DNA from: Emiliania huxleyi CCMP1516
Lineage: Eukaryota
Assembly: GCF_000372725.1 (NCBI RefSeq)
Contig: NW_005201192.1
Coordinates: forward strand, 372,001-436,000
Direction of reading: 5' to 3'
DNA length: 64,000 nucleotides
Part shown: piece after piece, positions 27,457 through 39,918 of the stretch
How positions within the stretch are numbered: position 1 is the stretch's first letter
Layout of the letters: every line of letters starts with the position of its first letter
The notes under the pieces: generated by a model
Told to the model about the DNA's origin: nothing
Database searches by the model: none
Seen by the model: the letters and a program-made list of their open reading frames with translations, nothing else
Translations under genes and position numbers: made by a program

Positions 27457-27738
27457 ACATAGGGCTACCAATTTTACGGACAGACCGCGCAGCTCCCAGT
27501 TCAGCTCAGCTCCTCACTTCACACTGACTGTGACTCATCTCGACCCACAGCTTCCGTGTGGGCCGGAGTACTTTTTTTCACTCGTGGGGGGGGGTTCGTG
27601 TATTGCCGCGCTGCGTGTTTTGCATGAGTTCGTGGTGCGCGTACCGTTCGGCGTTGGCGCGCACCTCAAGACTCGTCGAGGGAACTTTTTCGCGCGGGGT
27701 ACGGAGAACGGCTCTGGGTGTGTGTGTCGCCGCACGCC

Positions 27739-29115
27739 AACGGTTGGGTAGTAGGGCTAGAGGGTCGCTCTACACTTAGCCTCTGCAGCGAGCGAGCGCT
27801 CAACTTAGCCCCCGCACGGAGCCGGGCTCGGACTTAGACGCTGTATGGTCGGGGGCCATGAACTTACACCAAAGTAACTTAGACGACACAAGGCCAACTC
27901 CGGGTAAAACCCGGTACGGTCGCAGGGTACCACCGCTCGCTGTCGCAGAAGATCTCGAGGCGCAATCCGGTGGACAGGACAGTGTGGCCGTCGAGCGCCG
28001 CCCTGGCATCCTCGCGCTTTTGCTTCCGCCGCTTCGCCTTCGTCTCCTTGCTGCGCAGCAGGGTGTAGTTCGGGCCCACCTCCCCCACGCTGTCCAGCAC
28101 GTGGACGGCGCTCGCCATCTCGACCGCGTCGTCCTCCGGCGGAAGCTCCGCCTCGCCCGCGGCCGCTTCCCGAGCGCGCTCGTCGCGCATCCGCTCGTGG
28201 TGGGCCTGCCGACGCGCCACGCCGGCGCCCGTGTGCCTCGCCGCCGCGTCCGGCGACGGCATCGATGCTGTCCGCACGAGCGTGACTCGCCACTCAACGA
28301 CCTCCACGACCTCCACGATCGCCGAAAAGTTCTCCCACTCGCGCTGCCCCAAACCTAAATCGTCTCTACAGTTACATACATACCTGCAAAAGTCCAGGTT
28401 TACCCGAAAAATACCTGGACAACGCATGCCGCGCACGACGCCATATCGCCTTGTCCCAGGGCCAGTGCGTTACTTGCGGCGCGCAACTCCTGCTCAAGTA
28501 CGCGCACCGTACCATGTGCTGCCGCTATGCGTGTCTTAAAGGCGGCTGTGCGGCGAAGCGGCGGGCGCGGCATGCCGATGGCAGTGCGGACGATGCGTTG
28601 CGATGTGTTCTGCTTCAAGCTCATGGGGTGCTTGGCATGCACTTCTGCGATCCCAATCAGCTCATCGCAGCGAAGCAGCGCAACAAGCTGGCTGCTGCCA
28701 ACAAGGCCCTATGCTACCTCACGCGCGGATCGTTCAAAGAGGACCAGCATGCACAGGCTTCTCTGACACGCGTTTGTTTGAGCTTGAGGCTATTTGTGAG
28801 AACTGTTTGGCTTGAAGATTGCGCTCAAGAAGAGCAACGAGAATCGGAAGAGGAGGATGCTGAGGCGGCGATTGCTGAGCATGAGAAGGATCGATCGCCC
28901 GCCGCAGCGAAGAAAATTTGGGGGCTAGTGCCGTATCGTTGATCACGGTGGGAGCCTCTTGGCCCCAGGCCGTGCCACGGCAGACTTAGCCCGCATAAGA
29001 GAGGCTGCCGCCGATCTTAGACCGCGTAAGCACCCCCCCAGCGTGCCATGGCACACACTTAGACCCGCTAAGAGCCTTGAGGCTCAGAACTCTTTTAGAC
29101 TACTACCCAACCAGT
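27739..29115. mobile_element. Non-autonomous (Pack-type) TIR element, imperfect 16-bp TIR, 8-bp TSD CGCACGCC
   Basis: AACGGTTGGGTAGTAG / CTACTACCCAACCAGT; TSD at 27731-27738 and 29116-29123; clustered ACTTAG motifs at both ends; internal ORF fragments. Confidence 0.7.
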
Positions 29116-29275
29116 CGCACGCCGGCTCTCATTTGATTTTGAAGATCCCTCATACACCACCAAGATCGTGCAGGGCGGGGCACATGTCCCTTATAAGATC
29201 CCATCTCTTTTTACACATCTCGTCTCAGAGTTTGACCGTTTTATTTATTTATGCCGGCGCTCACACACGACCGTG

Positions 29276-31840
29276 TCATGTGTCACCACCACCCGCGGCT
29301 GTTTGAAGCTTGACGAGCTGACGGTAGCTCGGCGCTCCGCCGGCAGGGAGCGGTCTGGCGATCAGCTCGTCGTGTGTCCCTGCCTCGACCGCCGCGCCGC
29401 CGTGCATGAGCACGATGCAGTCCGCGTGGCGTACCGTGGACAGCCGATGCGCAATCACGAGAGTGGTGCGCCCCTGCATCGCTCGCTCGAGCGCCTCCTG
29501 CACCGCCGCCTCGCTCTCGGCGTCAAGCGCCGACGTCGCCTCGTCGAGCAGCAGCACCGCCGGGTCCAGCAGCAGCGAGCGCGCGATGGCGATGCGTTGG
29601 CGCTGCCCGCCACTCAGCTGCACCCCCCGCTCCCCCACCGCCGTCTGATAGCCGTCGCGTAGCCCGCTAATGAAGCCATGCGCGTTCGCGGCCGTCGCCG
29701 CCGCCACCAAGCGCTCGCGGAGCGCCGCCTCGTCATCGTTGCTGCTGCCGCCGCCGCCACTGCCGCCGCCACCGCCGCCTTCGGCCTCCTCCCACGCGGC
29801 GCGCGCGGAGAGGGCGTAGCGGATGTTGTCCTCGATGGTGCCCGAGAGGAGGACGGGCTCCTGGCTGACGGAGGCGGCGACGGCGTGCAGCTCGGCGTGC
29901 GGCATGTCGCAGACGTCTCGCCCGTCGATGCGCACGCAGCCGCTGGTTGCCTCGTAAAAGTGCTTGAGCAGGTGGAGGACCGTCGACTTTCCCGAGCCGC
30001 TCTGCCCCACCAGCGCCACCGTCTGGCCCGGGAGGACGGTGAGCGAGAGGCCGCGAAGCACGGCCGCCTCGGGGCGGGACGGGTAGCAGAAGAAGACGTC
30101 GCGCAGCTCGACGAGGCCGCACGCGTCGCCGTTCTCCGTGCTCTCTCCGCCACCGCCAGCCCCGTGGCCGAGCTTCCAAGGAGCAGCGGGCTCACCGCCG
30201 CCGCGGCCGCCGCCGCCCTTGTCGGGGCGTCGGTAGCGTGGCCGGCGCTCGATGTAGTCGAAGACCTTCGCGGCGGCGCCCGAGCTCTTGAGCAGCGACG
30301 TGAAGGAGTTGAGCAAGTTCTGCGCGTACTCCTGCAGCTGGCCCTGGTAGAGCATAAAGGCGAGGAGCACGGTGTGGCTCAGCAAGCCGCGCTCGACCAG
30401 GAAGCAGCCGTAGGCGAGCAGGGCGGCCTGGACGCAGGTGTTGATCAGGAAGGTGTTGCACACCATGTAGTAGACGCCCTGCACCGCCGTCTGTCTCACG
30501 ATGAGGGAATAGAACTTCTCCACCTTGGCCTGGTAGCGCGCCTGCTCGCGCCGCTCGCCCGCGAACGAGCACACCGTCCGAATCGCGCCGATCACCTCGA
30601 TGGCGATCGCGTTTGCGTCGGCGAGCGCGGCTTGCACCTGCTGCTGGTTGCGATGCATGAATCGCGCGTAGCTGCGGTTGATCAGCGCGGTCGCAGGGAC
30701 GATTGCGATGGCGAGCAGACCGAGCCTCCACGACCTCACAAACATGTAGAGCAGGATGCTGCCGAGCCGCACGACGGCCTCGATCGTGAAGCGGAACACC
30801 CAGGTGAGGTCGTTGGCCATCTCGGCGCAGTCCGCCGTCAGCCGCGAGGCGATCTCGCCGCTCGGCGTCGTGTCGAAGAAGCCGATGTCCTGGCGCACGA
30901 TGGCGCCAAACAGACGCAGCCGCAGCCCTCGGATGATTCGCTGCTGCGCCACTCCGAACAGGTAGATGCACCAGAAGTCGCCGAGCGCGTCGCCGGTCCC
31001 CATCGCGCACAGCAGGGCGATGCAGCGCGTGGCGCTCGCGTGGTCGCCCTCGCTCAGCGCGCCGATCGTCTCCGCCACCCAGTGAGGCACCGACAGAGAG
31101 AGCGGCAGGCGGAGCAGAAGAGCACCGCACCCCGCGTACAGCCACCAGCGATGCGGCCAAGCGATGCGCAGCAGAGTGAGGGTCCCGAAGCCGCGGCGCG
31201 CGCGCGCCTCTGCCGCCTCGCGGTCGGCGCACTCAATCGCCTCAATCGCCGTCGACGCGGCGGCGGCGGCGGCGCTCTGCCCTCCGTGGCCCTCCGGGCC
31301 AGCCGCTGCGACGACGAGCCGCGCTCCGTGCGCCGCCGGCCCTGCCGTGCGTGCCACCGTGCTGCACTCGCCTGCCGGGAGGAGGAGAGGAGCCACGAGG
31401 AGGCGAGCCCCGTCTCCTCGCTCGGGGAGGCCGCTGAGGAGGAAGAGGTGGCGGGCGGCCAATCCGAAGTGTAGCATCATCAGGACCGCGAAGCCGCCGA
31501 GCGCCCACCACCAAGCGCCGCCACCGTACGACTCAAAGGCGAGAAAGAGTAGAGGCGCCCCAGTGGCGGCGGAGGCGGTGCCGCCGGCGACAAGCTGCGC
31601 GAGCGGTGTGACATGACGCGACAGCGACAGCGAGAGGAGGAAGAGCGAACACCACGCGAGGACGCCTCCGAGCCAGACGCAGACGAAGCGAGCGGGTCGA
31701 CAGGGCGTGGAGGATGCGAGCGGGGAGAGATGGGCGTCCTTGTACAGCGCGTGCAGCGGCTCGAGCACACCGAGTGCAGCGGCAGCCGCAGCGGCGAGGA
31801 TGAGTGCGGCGTCAAGGCGGAGGAGTAGCCGCGGAAGCAT
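29276..31840 (-). CDS. ABCB-family half transporter (TAP/ABCB9-like), intronless
   Basis: Transmembrane domain with QDIGFFD..SGEIASRL; Walker A GQSGSGKST, Q-loop SQEP, signature LSGGQRQRIAIAR, Walker B LLLDEATSALD, IAHRLST; extra N-terminal TM region. Confidence 0.95.
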   Translation of the reverse strand: MLPRLLLRLDAALILAAAAAAALGVLEPLHALYKDAHLSPLASSTPCRPARFVCVWLGGVLAWCSLFLLSLSLSRHVTPLAQLVAGGTASAATGAPLLFLAFESYGGGAWWWALGGFAVLMMLHFGLAARHLFLLSGLPERGDGARLLVAPLLLPAGECSTVARTAGPAAHGARLVVAAAGPEGHGGQSAAAAAASTAIEAIECADREAAEARARRGFGTLTLLRIAWPHRWWLYAGCGALLLRLPLSLSVPHWVAETIGALSEGDHASATRCIALLCAMGTGDALGDFWCIYLFGVAQQRIIRGLRLRLFGAIVRQDIGFFDTTPSGEIASRLTADCAEMANDLTWVFRFTIEAVVRLGSILLYMFVRSWRLGLLAIAIVPATALINRSYARFMHRNQQQVQAALADANAIAIEVIGAIRTVCSFAGERREQARYQAKVEKFYSLIVRQTAVQGVYYMVCNTFLINTCVQAALLAYGCFLVERGLLSHTVLLAFMLYQGQLQEYAQNLLNSFTSLLKSSGAAAKVFDYIERRPRYRRPDKGGGGRGGGEPAAPWKLGHGAGGGGESTENGDACGLVELRDVFFCYPSRPEAAVLRGLSLTVLPGQTVALVGQSGSGKSTVLHLLKHFYEATSGCVRIDGRDVCDMPHAELHAVAASVSQEPVLLSGTIEDNIRYALSARAAWEEAEGGGGGGSGGGGSSNDDEAALRERLVAAATAANAHGFISGLRDGYQTAVGERGVQLSGGQRQRIAIARSLLLDPAVLLLDEATSALDAESEAAVQEALERAMQGRTTLVIAHRLSTVRHADCIVLMHGGAAVEAGTHDELIARPLPAGGAPSYRQLVKLQTAAGGGDT

Positions 31841-32304
31841 CGCCAACTCTAAGCGAGCACCCAGGTGACTCCCATGCCGTTTGCCAGGCCAGGGTTCCGG
31901 CTCCTACCCAGATGGGGGGTCTGAAACAAACGCCCCATGCCGCGCAGCGAAGCGAAAAAAGACGAAAATTGGAGGTACCTACCTGTTGTAGGGCCCTCTG
32001 GGGCGGTCAAAACCGGACCTACGTGTCACCGTGGTGAACAGACCCCCTATCTGGGTAGGAGCCGGAACCCAGTCCGCGCCTCTATCTTCACATGCGTTGT
32101 CTGTTTTCTTTCTTTCTTTCTTTTCTTCTTTCGCGTTTCTTCGCGAGCGACCCAAGAAATGCCACGTTCGGATCGCTTCTCATCGCAAACCCTGTCAGCA
32201 GTTCACCGTAAGTTCACCCTCGGGTATGTTCGTAAGAGCTACATATACTGAGAAAAGCCTGTCAACAGAGTCCTCCTCCGGGCATGTACGTAAGAGCCAC
32301 ATAC

Positions 32305-32515
32305 TCTCATTGTGTCACACCACGCGGAACGCATCTCCATCGCTTCGGTGAAGGGGGTGAACCGCGCCATCCTTCCTTCCTCGATCGCCGTGCAAAGCTC
32401 GCTTCCAAGCTCTCACGCCGCGCGTAGGGCCCTTAGGGGCCTGGAGAACACAACCCCCTCTCCCTTGTCTCCCAGTAAGCTAAAAGCACGTACACTGAGT
32501 CAAGTACAAGTACAC
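32305..32515 (+). mobile_element. 5'-truncated CRE-type retroelement 3' end
   Basis: Encodes SHHAERISIASVKGVNRAI, homologous to the C-terminus of the 16593-21373 element. It has an (AAGTAC)n tail and shares its 3' UTR with 9535-9658. Confidence 0.75.
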
Positions 32516-32681
32516 TGAGAAAAGAATTCTCACGCCCGAACTTCACCCCACGTGCGTCCTCCTCGGGCGTCGACGCGTTTTGGCGGGGCCCCAGTACTGG
32601 CCGGGCCGACGCCGCGTTACCGCCAGACACGGTACGCGTCCCCGCCCCTAGCCCCGCCCTCGGCGGCCGAGAGCCAGCTCG

Positions 32682-34984
32682 ATGAGCGACAACAAGAAGG
32701 CCGCCCGCTCGCATGGCCTCCGGGGCGGGCTGCCTCGCGTGGACTGCCTTGGCGTCCTCTCCGCCGACGAGGGCACCGCACTGCTCCCCTCCTCTCGGTC
32801 CTCCCTCTATGGCCGGCTACAGCTCGGTTGGCGGGCGCGCCTCTCTGCGTCCGGTCCGGCGGTCGGCGACTTTGTCGTCGGCTCGCTCATTTTCCTCATG
32901 TCCCGCGGCTGGTGAGAAAAGATAGATTGGACGAGAGGCTCTGCGTGCACACAGCCCTTCGAGCGCATCCACTGCGCGTGCTCTTGCAGTTACGTTTGGG
33001 GGCGCGTAGGTCGGACGCGATCGCGATCTACGGCCTCGGGCTCGCCTCGACTTGGTGCCGTCCAGAGGACATGCCCATGACACATCCCCAAACGACCCTC
33101 AGGCTTCGGGCTCGGCTCGACCTGGTACTGCGGCGACTACACCGGCAAACCCTGCGCTGGCTCGGCTCCCTCGCCGAGGTGGGCCGTGTACTCGCTGCTG
33201 ATGGTGCCGCTGACCGGACTGCTCAAGCACCTCGCGGAGAGCCACACCGAGCGGGCAGAGGCGCGCGGTCAGGCGCCGGCGCGTTCAGCAGCGTTGATCC
33301 CGAGCATTGCAAACTACATCTGCGGATGGGGCTTTGCCAACGCGGCGGTGCGTCCCACCTTCGTTCGCCGCTTGCGTCAATCACGATCACGCCGGTGTGA
33401 TTCTTCTCAGGTCGCCCTCCTCGACGAGCTCCAGCTATCCGAGCACTGCCGCGCCGCGCCCCGCCGCTGCCTCGGCCTCAATGTGGGATACGCGTGTGGC
33501 TGGACCGGCGTGGCCGCGGTCCTCGGAAAGCTGCCGTCAAGCCGGAATGCGAGAGGTGGCTTTTTTCAAACGGGTGGATCTTCCCAACCGTAGGCGCTCA
33601 TCTCAGTCGTCAAACCATACGTGCGCGAGATCGAGTGTGGCAGCGGCGCGGTGGCCGACCGTCGCGAGCGGCTGTGAGGAGGGCTGAGCCGCGTCTATTC
33701 ACGGGGCTGAGCACTGAGCAGGTGGTGGACTGGTGCGAGGACTATTGTGAGGACAGTACGCCATGCCGGTGACGGGCGGGAAGGGACATGGCTGGAATTT
33801 GGCTGCCGTCAATAGGACATGCTCGCGATGCTGGTGCGAGGGCTGACGATCATCGTGATGACGCTGTGGACCAAGGTGATGAGCTGTATCCTACTTGATC
33901 GTACACACCCCTCAGCATTCAACAGCCTTGGCGGTTCGGTGCCAAGGTGGGTGCCGAGTACGTCTACATCGACGCGTCGGGCCAGGCCTCCCTCACGATC
34001 GCGGCGTTGTACGCCGGCTTCACGCTCTTCGCAGGGTCGCTAATTACGACCAAGCTGGCGCACATCGAGCTGGCGCCGCCGCCGGAGTGAGGAGCGAAGG
34101 GCTGTCGTCGGGTGGTGTATAGACGGCGAGATGTTCCATGAGTGGTAGGCGCTTACCCCATCAGAAGGGCAGGCGAGAGGGCTCAGCGCCGTGCTGGTCG
34201 AGGCGAGCAACCTGACGCAGACGATGCTGTCTTGGGTCTCGGGCTGCGCGGTGATCGACTGGGTGTGCGCCGCGCTCCCAGTCTTCTACTCGGATCCGCT
34301 GCCCGCGAACATGGCGGCCGTCGGAGGGCTCACCGTCCTCTTCACCATCCTGTGCATCGTGTGGCTCATCGCCTCGGGTGAGAGGTCCGCGAGGAGACTC
34401 GGAGACTACTGCCGGCCGTTGATTCGTTCTCGCTCATGGGTGGACCGATGAGCAGGTATGCCGTCGAGAAGGACGCGGACCGTGCCGCCGTCGAAAGGTA
34501 CTTTATCACCAACGCCATGGCCTTTTTCGTGGGGTGAGCCTCGTGAGAGAGTAGGGTGTAGCTCGAGCACGAGGGTCGGCCATACAGGAGCGCTACACTG
34601 CTCACTTCGCTCGCAAGCCCGGGAGCAGGTGGTTTTTCTGGCTGCTTGGCAAGCAGTGCATCGTCGCCGCGCTGACTGCAATCTCCTCATTGCAGAGCGG
34701 GCTGAGCGACGCGGCGCTGGTGCTGCGGACGCCCCGCCGCCGCTCGCGGCCGCGCGGTGGATGCTCAACACCTTGCGGTACGAATACTGTAGGTCTTGCT
34801 CGTTTTGCAGCCACTCGGCTCGCTGGTGCTGCTCCAGGCGTGCTTCCTCCTCATCGATGCCTACAAGGGCCTCGCCGGCATCTCGCGCGAGACGGTGCTG
34901 CTCGATGCGCCCTCGGGCGAGAACGACGCCTTTGCCGACCCGGACGACCGTGTCGAGGAGATGAAGAGCGCGGAGCCGGAGTGA
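32682..34984 (+). CDS. Multi-exon multi-pass membrane protein of unknown function
   Basis: Successive hydrophobic exons (WAVYSLLMVPLTGLL, IANYICGWGFAN, LVRGLTIIVMTLW, QTMLSWVSGCAVIDW, LGSLVLLQACFLL) are separated by splice-like sites. Confidence 0.6.
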
Positions 34985-35125
34985 GGAACAAGGGCGAGCG
35001 TGGCAGTCAGAGGTCAGTTAGTCGTAGAGCCGTGGGTTTCCAGTACAAATTTAGGGGGGGGGGGGGGACGAAGGCGACACAGTCAGGGGGTGTCTTCAAA
35101 GCAATTGGAGTGCAGTCGGTAACCT

Positions 35126-35167
35126 GAAAGAAAGAAAGAAAGCATCCCAAGGGAGGGATGGGAGGAC
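35126..35167 (-). mobile_element. 42-bp 3' end of the (TTTC)n-tail family, 11-bp TSD GTCGGTAACCT
   Basis: TSD at 35115-35125 and 35168-35178. Confidence 0.85.
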
Positions 35168-35261
35168 GTCGGTAACCTCACGCCCCGCCCATGCAAATTC
35201 TTTCGCGCCCTCTTCGCCGAGTCCTGGGCCCTGGCCTGCGGCACACACTCGCACATTGTCG

Positions 35262-37054
35262 ATGTCCTTCATGTTCGGCGTCAGAGCCGCCCGGCTCTCG
35301 CTGCGATGCCCAACCGGTCCAGCGAGCCGCCCGTCTTCGATGGGCCACAGCCTGCGGTGTTACTCGTCCCGCCCGTCTCGGTTCGGCAACAAGAAAAGAA
35401 CGCAGGAAAGCTCAGCCGGCCGTGGCGAGCGGCGGTGGTGGCGCCCACTCCCTCCTTGCGCCGCAGGTGCTGGAGCAGGAGCCCGAAGCGGCGCGCGGCG
35501 GCGACTGGGTCTCCCAGTCTCAGGTCAAGGAGGCGCCGCCGACGGCAGCCGGGGCGCCCGCCACGTTCCCGTCGTACGAACAGAGGCAGCAGCAGGCGGG
35601 TTCGCAGTACGAGAGCCTCTCCGACGGCGTGGTGGCGCACATGCGGCGCGTGTACGCCACGCTCGCGACCGGCATCGGCATCTCGGCCGCCGCGTCGGTC
35701 ACCGCCATGGCCACGCCCCTCGGGCTCGTGCACCCTCTCATCCCTGGGCTGGGCGCGATGGTGCCCCTGCTCGGCCTGATGTACACCTCGAAGCACACGC
35801 ACTCGCAGACGCTGCGCGCCGGCCTCGCCGCCCGCTTGCCTGCCTCTCCGCCTGGCAAGCGCCTCTCTCCACCCCGGCGCTCTCTGCACAGGCCTGTTTG
35901 CAGCCTTCACCGGCCTCTCTGGCTGGGCGATGGCGCCGCTCCTCCTCGTGGCGCTCAAGGTGTCTCCGGCCATCGTGCCGCAGGCGCCGCCCCTCGCCGC
36001 CCCTCGCCGCCCCTCGCCGCCCCTCGCCGCCCCTCGCCGCCCCTCGCCCTCGAGCTCGCGGCGTCGCCTCTGCGCATGAGCTCGCCCTCGCCCTCCCCGC
36101 GCCCCTCCCCACGCCCCTCCTCCAAACCCAGGAGCTGGCTGCTACTGCCCCTCGCCCAAGCCCCTCCCCAGCCCCTCCGCCCCTCCCCAGGCCCTCGCCA
36201 TCACGACCGGCCTCTTCGGCACGATGACGGCGCTCTCGCTCTTCGCCAAGCCGGGCTCCATGCTGCGGCTCGGCGAGAGACCGCAGCCTGAGATCGGCCC
36301 GAGATCGCGGCCCGAGATGGCAGCTTCGATGGAGCCGGCACATGCCGCCGAGAGGCGGTCTGCAACCCATGCGCCTCTCCCGCCCCCCCTCCTCGCCTGC
36401 AGGCGTCCCTCTCGGCGCCGGGATGCTCATGCTGCTCGGATGCGGCGCACACCACTCGCCCGATAGCTCGCCGCACTTGCCGGCCACGTCTCGGCTGCAC
36501 CGCCGCCCCGCCCCCCGCCGCGTAGGCGTCGCGGGGATGTTCGTGCCGGTCACGTCGGCGTGGTACCCGCTCCTCCACTCGATCAACCTCTACGGCGGGC
36601 TGGGCACACTCCGCGCCCTCTGCTGCCGGCCGCGCGTGCGGGCTCTCTCTGCTCACGCCTCTCGCCGTCCTCAGGGATCTTCACGCTCTACATCGCCTAC
36701 GACACCCAAAACATGATCAACGAGTGCGCGGGGAGGGGGGGGGGAGGCACCCGCCACCCCATCACCTCTCCACAGGGGCTGGCCTACGCCGCGCAGGTAC
36801 GAGATGGGGGAGGACGACCACCTGAAGCACGCCGTCGACCTCTTCATCAATTTCAAGGCGCGGAGACGGCCGAGAGACTGCCGAGAGAGGCAGCCGAGAG
36901 GCAGCAGCTGAGACGCGGACGGGAGAGGCAGCTGAGAGACGGCCGAGATGAGGGCGAGATGCGGACGAGGAATCCGCGAGCCCTCCCCGTGGCCACCCGC
37001 CAGGTCATCTTCCAGCGCGTGCTCTTGTTGCTGATGGGCCGCTCCGACGACTAG
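35262..37054 (+). CDS. Bax inhibitor-1 family protein, GHITM/MICS1-like (mitochondrial presequence), multi-exon
   Basis: HMRRVYATLATGI, AFTGLSGLAMAPL, ALAITTGLFGTMTALS, LHSINLYGGL, LYIAYDTQNMI, DDHLKHAVDLFINF, IFQRVLLLL; R/S-rich N-terminus. Confidence 0.85.
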
Positions 37055-37626
37055 CGCCCGCGTGCCACACACACCGCCCTTGGGCCCTCGCTCACCGGGA
37101 GAGCGAGCGGCTCCACCCCCACATCTCCCCGAGGCGGTGCGCGCGGCTCGTCAGCCTGGTTGCAGGTTGGTGGCAGAAGAGAGGCGGATGGCGTGGTGAG
37201 ACCGCGCACGTGCCGCGCAACCAGCGAGGGTCGGCGAGGGCGGGAGGGCTAGAGCCGGAGGCGGTGACTTAGGTATAAAGGGACCACAAAGAGCTGTGTG
37301 TGTACACAAGACCTGAGACGACGCGAAGACAGGGCGACTTGTCACGCTCGCGGGGGCACGACACTCGACACATACAGCGCGCTCAGGACCTGTTGGTGCA
37401 CGCCAACCGTGAACCACCGCCCAGCCAGTCCGGACAAGGCGCAAAAACAGGCATTAGCGCCTCTCGCGTGGGCACTGACGGCACTGGCGCTGGTGTACAG
37501 ACTGTATAGACTACACACACGTCAAAAATATGAGCAGCAGGAGCCAGTTTGGCCCCCCGCGGCCCTCCGCACCGCGCCTGGCGCCCAGCCGCTGCACGCA
37601 CTGCGGGCGCGGAGGTCGACTATCGC

Positions 37627-37957
37627 CTCTCGGAGAGGCGAGCAGCGCGGCGCGAGCCGGCAAAGCGGCGCGGATCCGTCCTTGTCCACCACGAGGACTT
37701 GCCTCAGCCGCTCAGAAGTGGCCTGCAAGCGTGCGGCCGGCGCTGGTGAGCGTGAGGGATGGCAGAAACTCCCTCTCGCTGCAGTGGCGGGCAGGCGGGC
37801 GAGAGGCACCTCTCGGAGAGGCGAGCAGCGCGGCGCGAGCCGGCAAAGCGGCGCGGATCCATCCTTGTCCACCACGAGGACTTGCCTCAGCCGCTCAGAA
37901 GTGGCCTGCAAGCGTACGGCCGGCGCTGGTGAGCGTGAGGGATGGCAGAAAACTCCC
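37627..37957. repeat. Direct duplication of ~150 bp (period ~182 bp)
   Basis: CCTCTCGGAGAGGCGAGCAGC...GGCAGAAA(A)CTCCCT occurs twice. Confidence 0.9.
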
Positions 37958-38420
37958 TTTTGCCCGTTTTGCCCCTTGTCAGCTGACCTTTCCAGCGATG
38001 TGTGGCGAAGAACCGACCACGCCGCGCATGGGTGTGTTCATACTGGTGGACAACACCACCTAACCGCGGCTATTTGAGTCGCCGCGCCCCCAGAGCCGCG
38101 GAAGCCTGGCGCAGCGACGGCGCTGCGGCACTGCGGCGTCGCGGCCGCAGCGCGTGAGGCGCGGCGCGTCAAGTCGCCTTCAACCGCTCCGGTCCGCTGC
38201 CGCAGGGCCCAGGGATGGCGCTGAGACGCTCGGGTGCGACATGAAGGCCTTAGGGCGCGCGCTCAAGCCGCCGGCCGCGCGCAGCGATTTAGAGCTGTCC
38301 GTGGGTGGTTCGCGGTGGCGTGCAACAGGTCTCAGCGGTGGCGCCGCGCGCGCACGCACGGACCGGCCCGCACGACCACGTCCACGAGCATCGACGCCGT
38401 AACCACAGCGCACGGAGTAG

Positions 38421-39893
38421 CTACTCAACCAGGCTAAAACCGCCTGAAACTGGCTCTCTATATAGGAACTGGTTTGCCGTTCGGGTAACACTCTGTTTAT
38501 AAGTGTAACGCAACACACACACGCCAGTGTTATACGGGACATAAAGTACTACACACACAACCTCGCAGCGAGTGCCCCTGGCGCCTGGGGCAGCTGCGCG
38601 ACTCCTGGATCCTCGCTGCGAGTGCTGGTGAGATTGGCCAAGCTGAGGAGCGCCTCGACGTCGTGTTCGCCAACAAAGCAGCCGTATTGCGCCACCCAAA
38701 AATGCCGAGTACAGTAGCATCCGAGCTGTGGCGCCAACTTTGACAGGATGTGCGGCGAGGGTTTCTGCCAAGGCTAATCATGAACCCTGCGCGCGCCAGC
38801 GCAACACCCCTGATCCCTAGACCTCGCCGCGTGCCCGCGTCCCACGTGGCCTCTTTTCTCACCTCGAGTAGCGGCCGAGCACCGCCGCGAGACCAGAGAG
38901 GGGTAGAGCGACCAGAGAGTGCCAGAGCGACGGCTCGGTCTCGTGCGCCTGGCGTGGGCAGGTCAGTGCTTGTGAGCGTTGTGCTTGTTTGCAGGTGAGT
39001 CGCTTCCACTTCGGTGGTTGGGGTGGGCGCGCCTCGAGCAGTTGCCGCAGCGCCAACAGTTCCGTCTCTCTCCTCTCGAGTTCCTCACGCAGATACGCGA
39101 CCTCATCGCCGCAGGAGCCGGCTGCTCCGTCCGCTCCGAAGAATCTATCCGCAGCTATCGCGCCGAGGAAGGATCCAAGAACCGCGACGGCCAGCGCAAA
39201 GGACACCGCTCTGCCGGGCTGGCTGCCCACTGCAGCGGCAGCGCACCGCGCGAGGGGGTACGAACATGGCTCGTCATCGTCCACGAGCGACTCCGCCTAC
39301 GTGTCGAGGTGGGTGTGGAGAGCTCGAGGTCAGACTCGTGCGCATCGGATCGGGGGACGGGCGGGGACGCGAGCCTCGGACTCTAGGAAGGATTGCGCTG
39401 ACGTGAGCCAGAGTGGCTCCTCCACCCCCGGCGCGGCGGCGTGGGCGGCTGCGGCTGCGCCAGCAGCGGGCGGAGTCTCGTCGATCTCACTGAAGGGCTC
39501 GCCGCACTCGGAGTCGTCAGACTCCGGCTTTGAGGCTGCGGCAGCCGAGTCGCGAAGCAGCTGTAGCGCCCTCTCCTCGTCTGCTGTGAGGCCGATGGCG
39601 GGGTCACCCCCGACACGTAGCCCACGTGGTGGAGGCGGCGGAGGTGGTGGTGGCGGCGGCGGTGGCGGCGGCGGTGGCGGGGGTGGCGGTGGCGGGGGTG
39701 GCGGCGGCGGCGGAGACACGGACAGCCACTTTGGCTGGGTCGAAGGCTGTGTTGCAGGCGGCGGCGGAGACTTCGGTAAAGAGAGCCTCGGCTGAGACGA
39801 GTGCCTGCGGTTCTCCTGATCCACGCAAGCGTCGTCCTGATCCACGCAAGCGTCGTCCGCGTCCGCGCGGCCAATTGAAGCGGCGACGGGCAT
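38421..39893 (-). CDS. Multi-exon protein of unknown function (poly-Pro, TM helix, coiled coil)
   Basis: ATG at 39893; poly-P tract; AVSFALAVAVLGSFLGAIAA TM followed by EVAYLREELERRETELLALRQLLE. The 3' end is uncertain. Confidence 0.5.
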
Positions 39894-39918
39894 TTTTGCC
39901 GCGTTGCCGTTGATAAGA

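Noticed and set aside
29678..31474. Long antisense ORFs (also 19134-20303, 42944-44299)
   Set aside because: Shadow ORFs expected from high GC3 on the opposite strand of real genes.
37298..38077. 259-aa ORF
   Set aside because: Largely made of the 182-bp duplication; no family signal.
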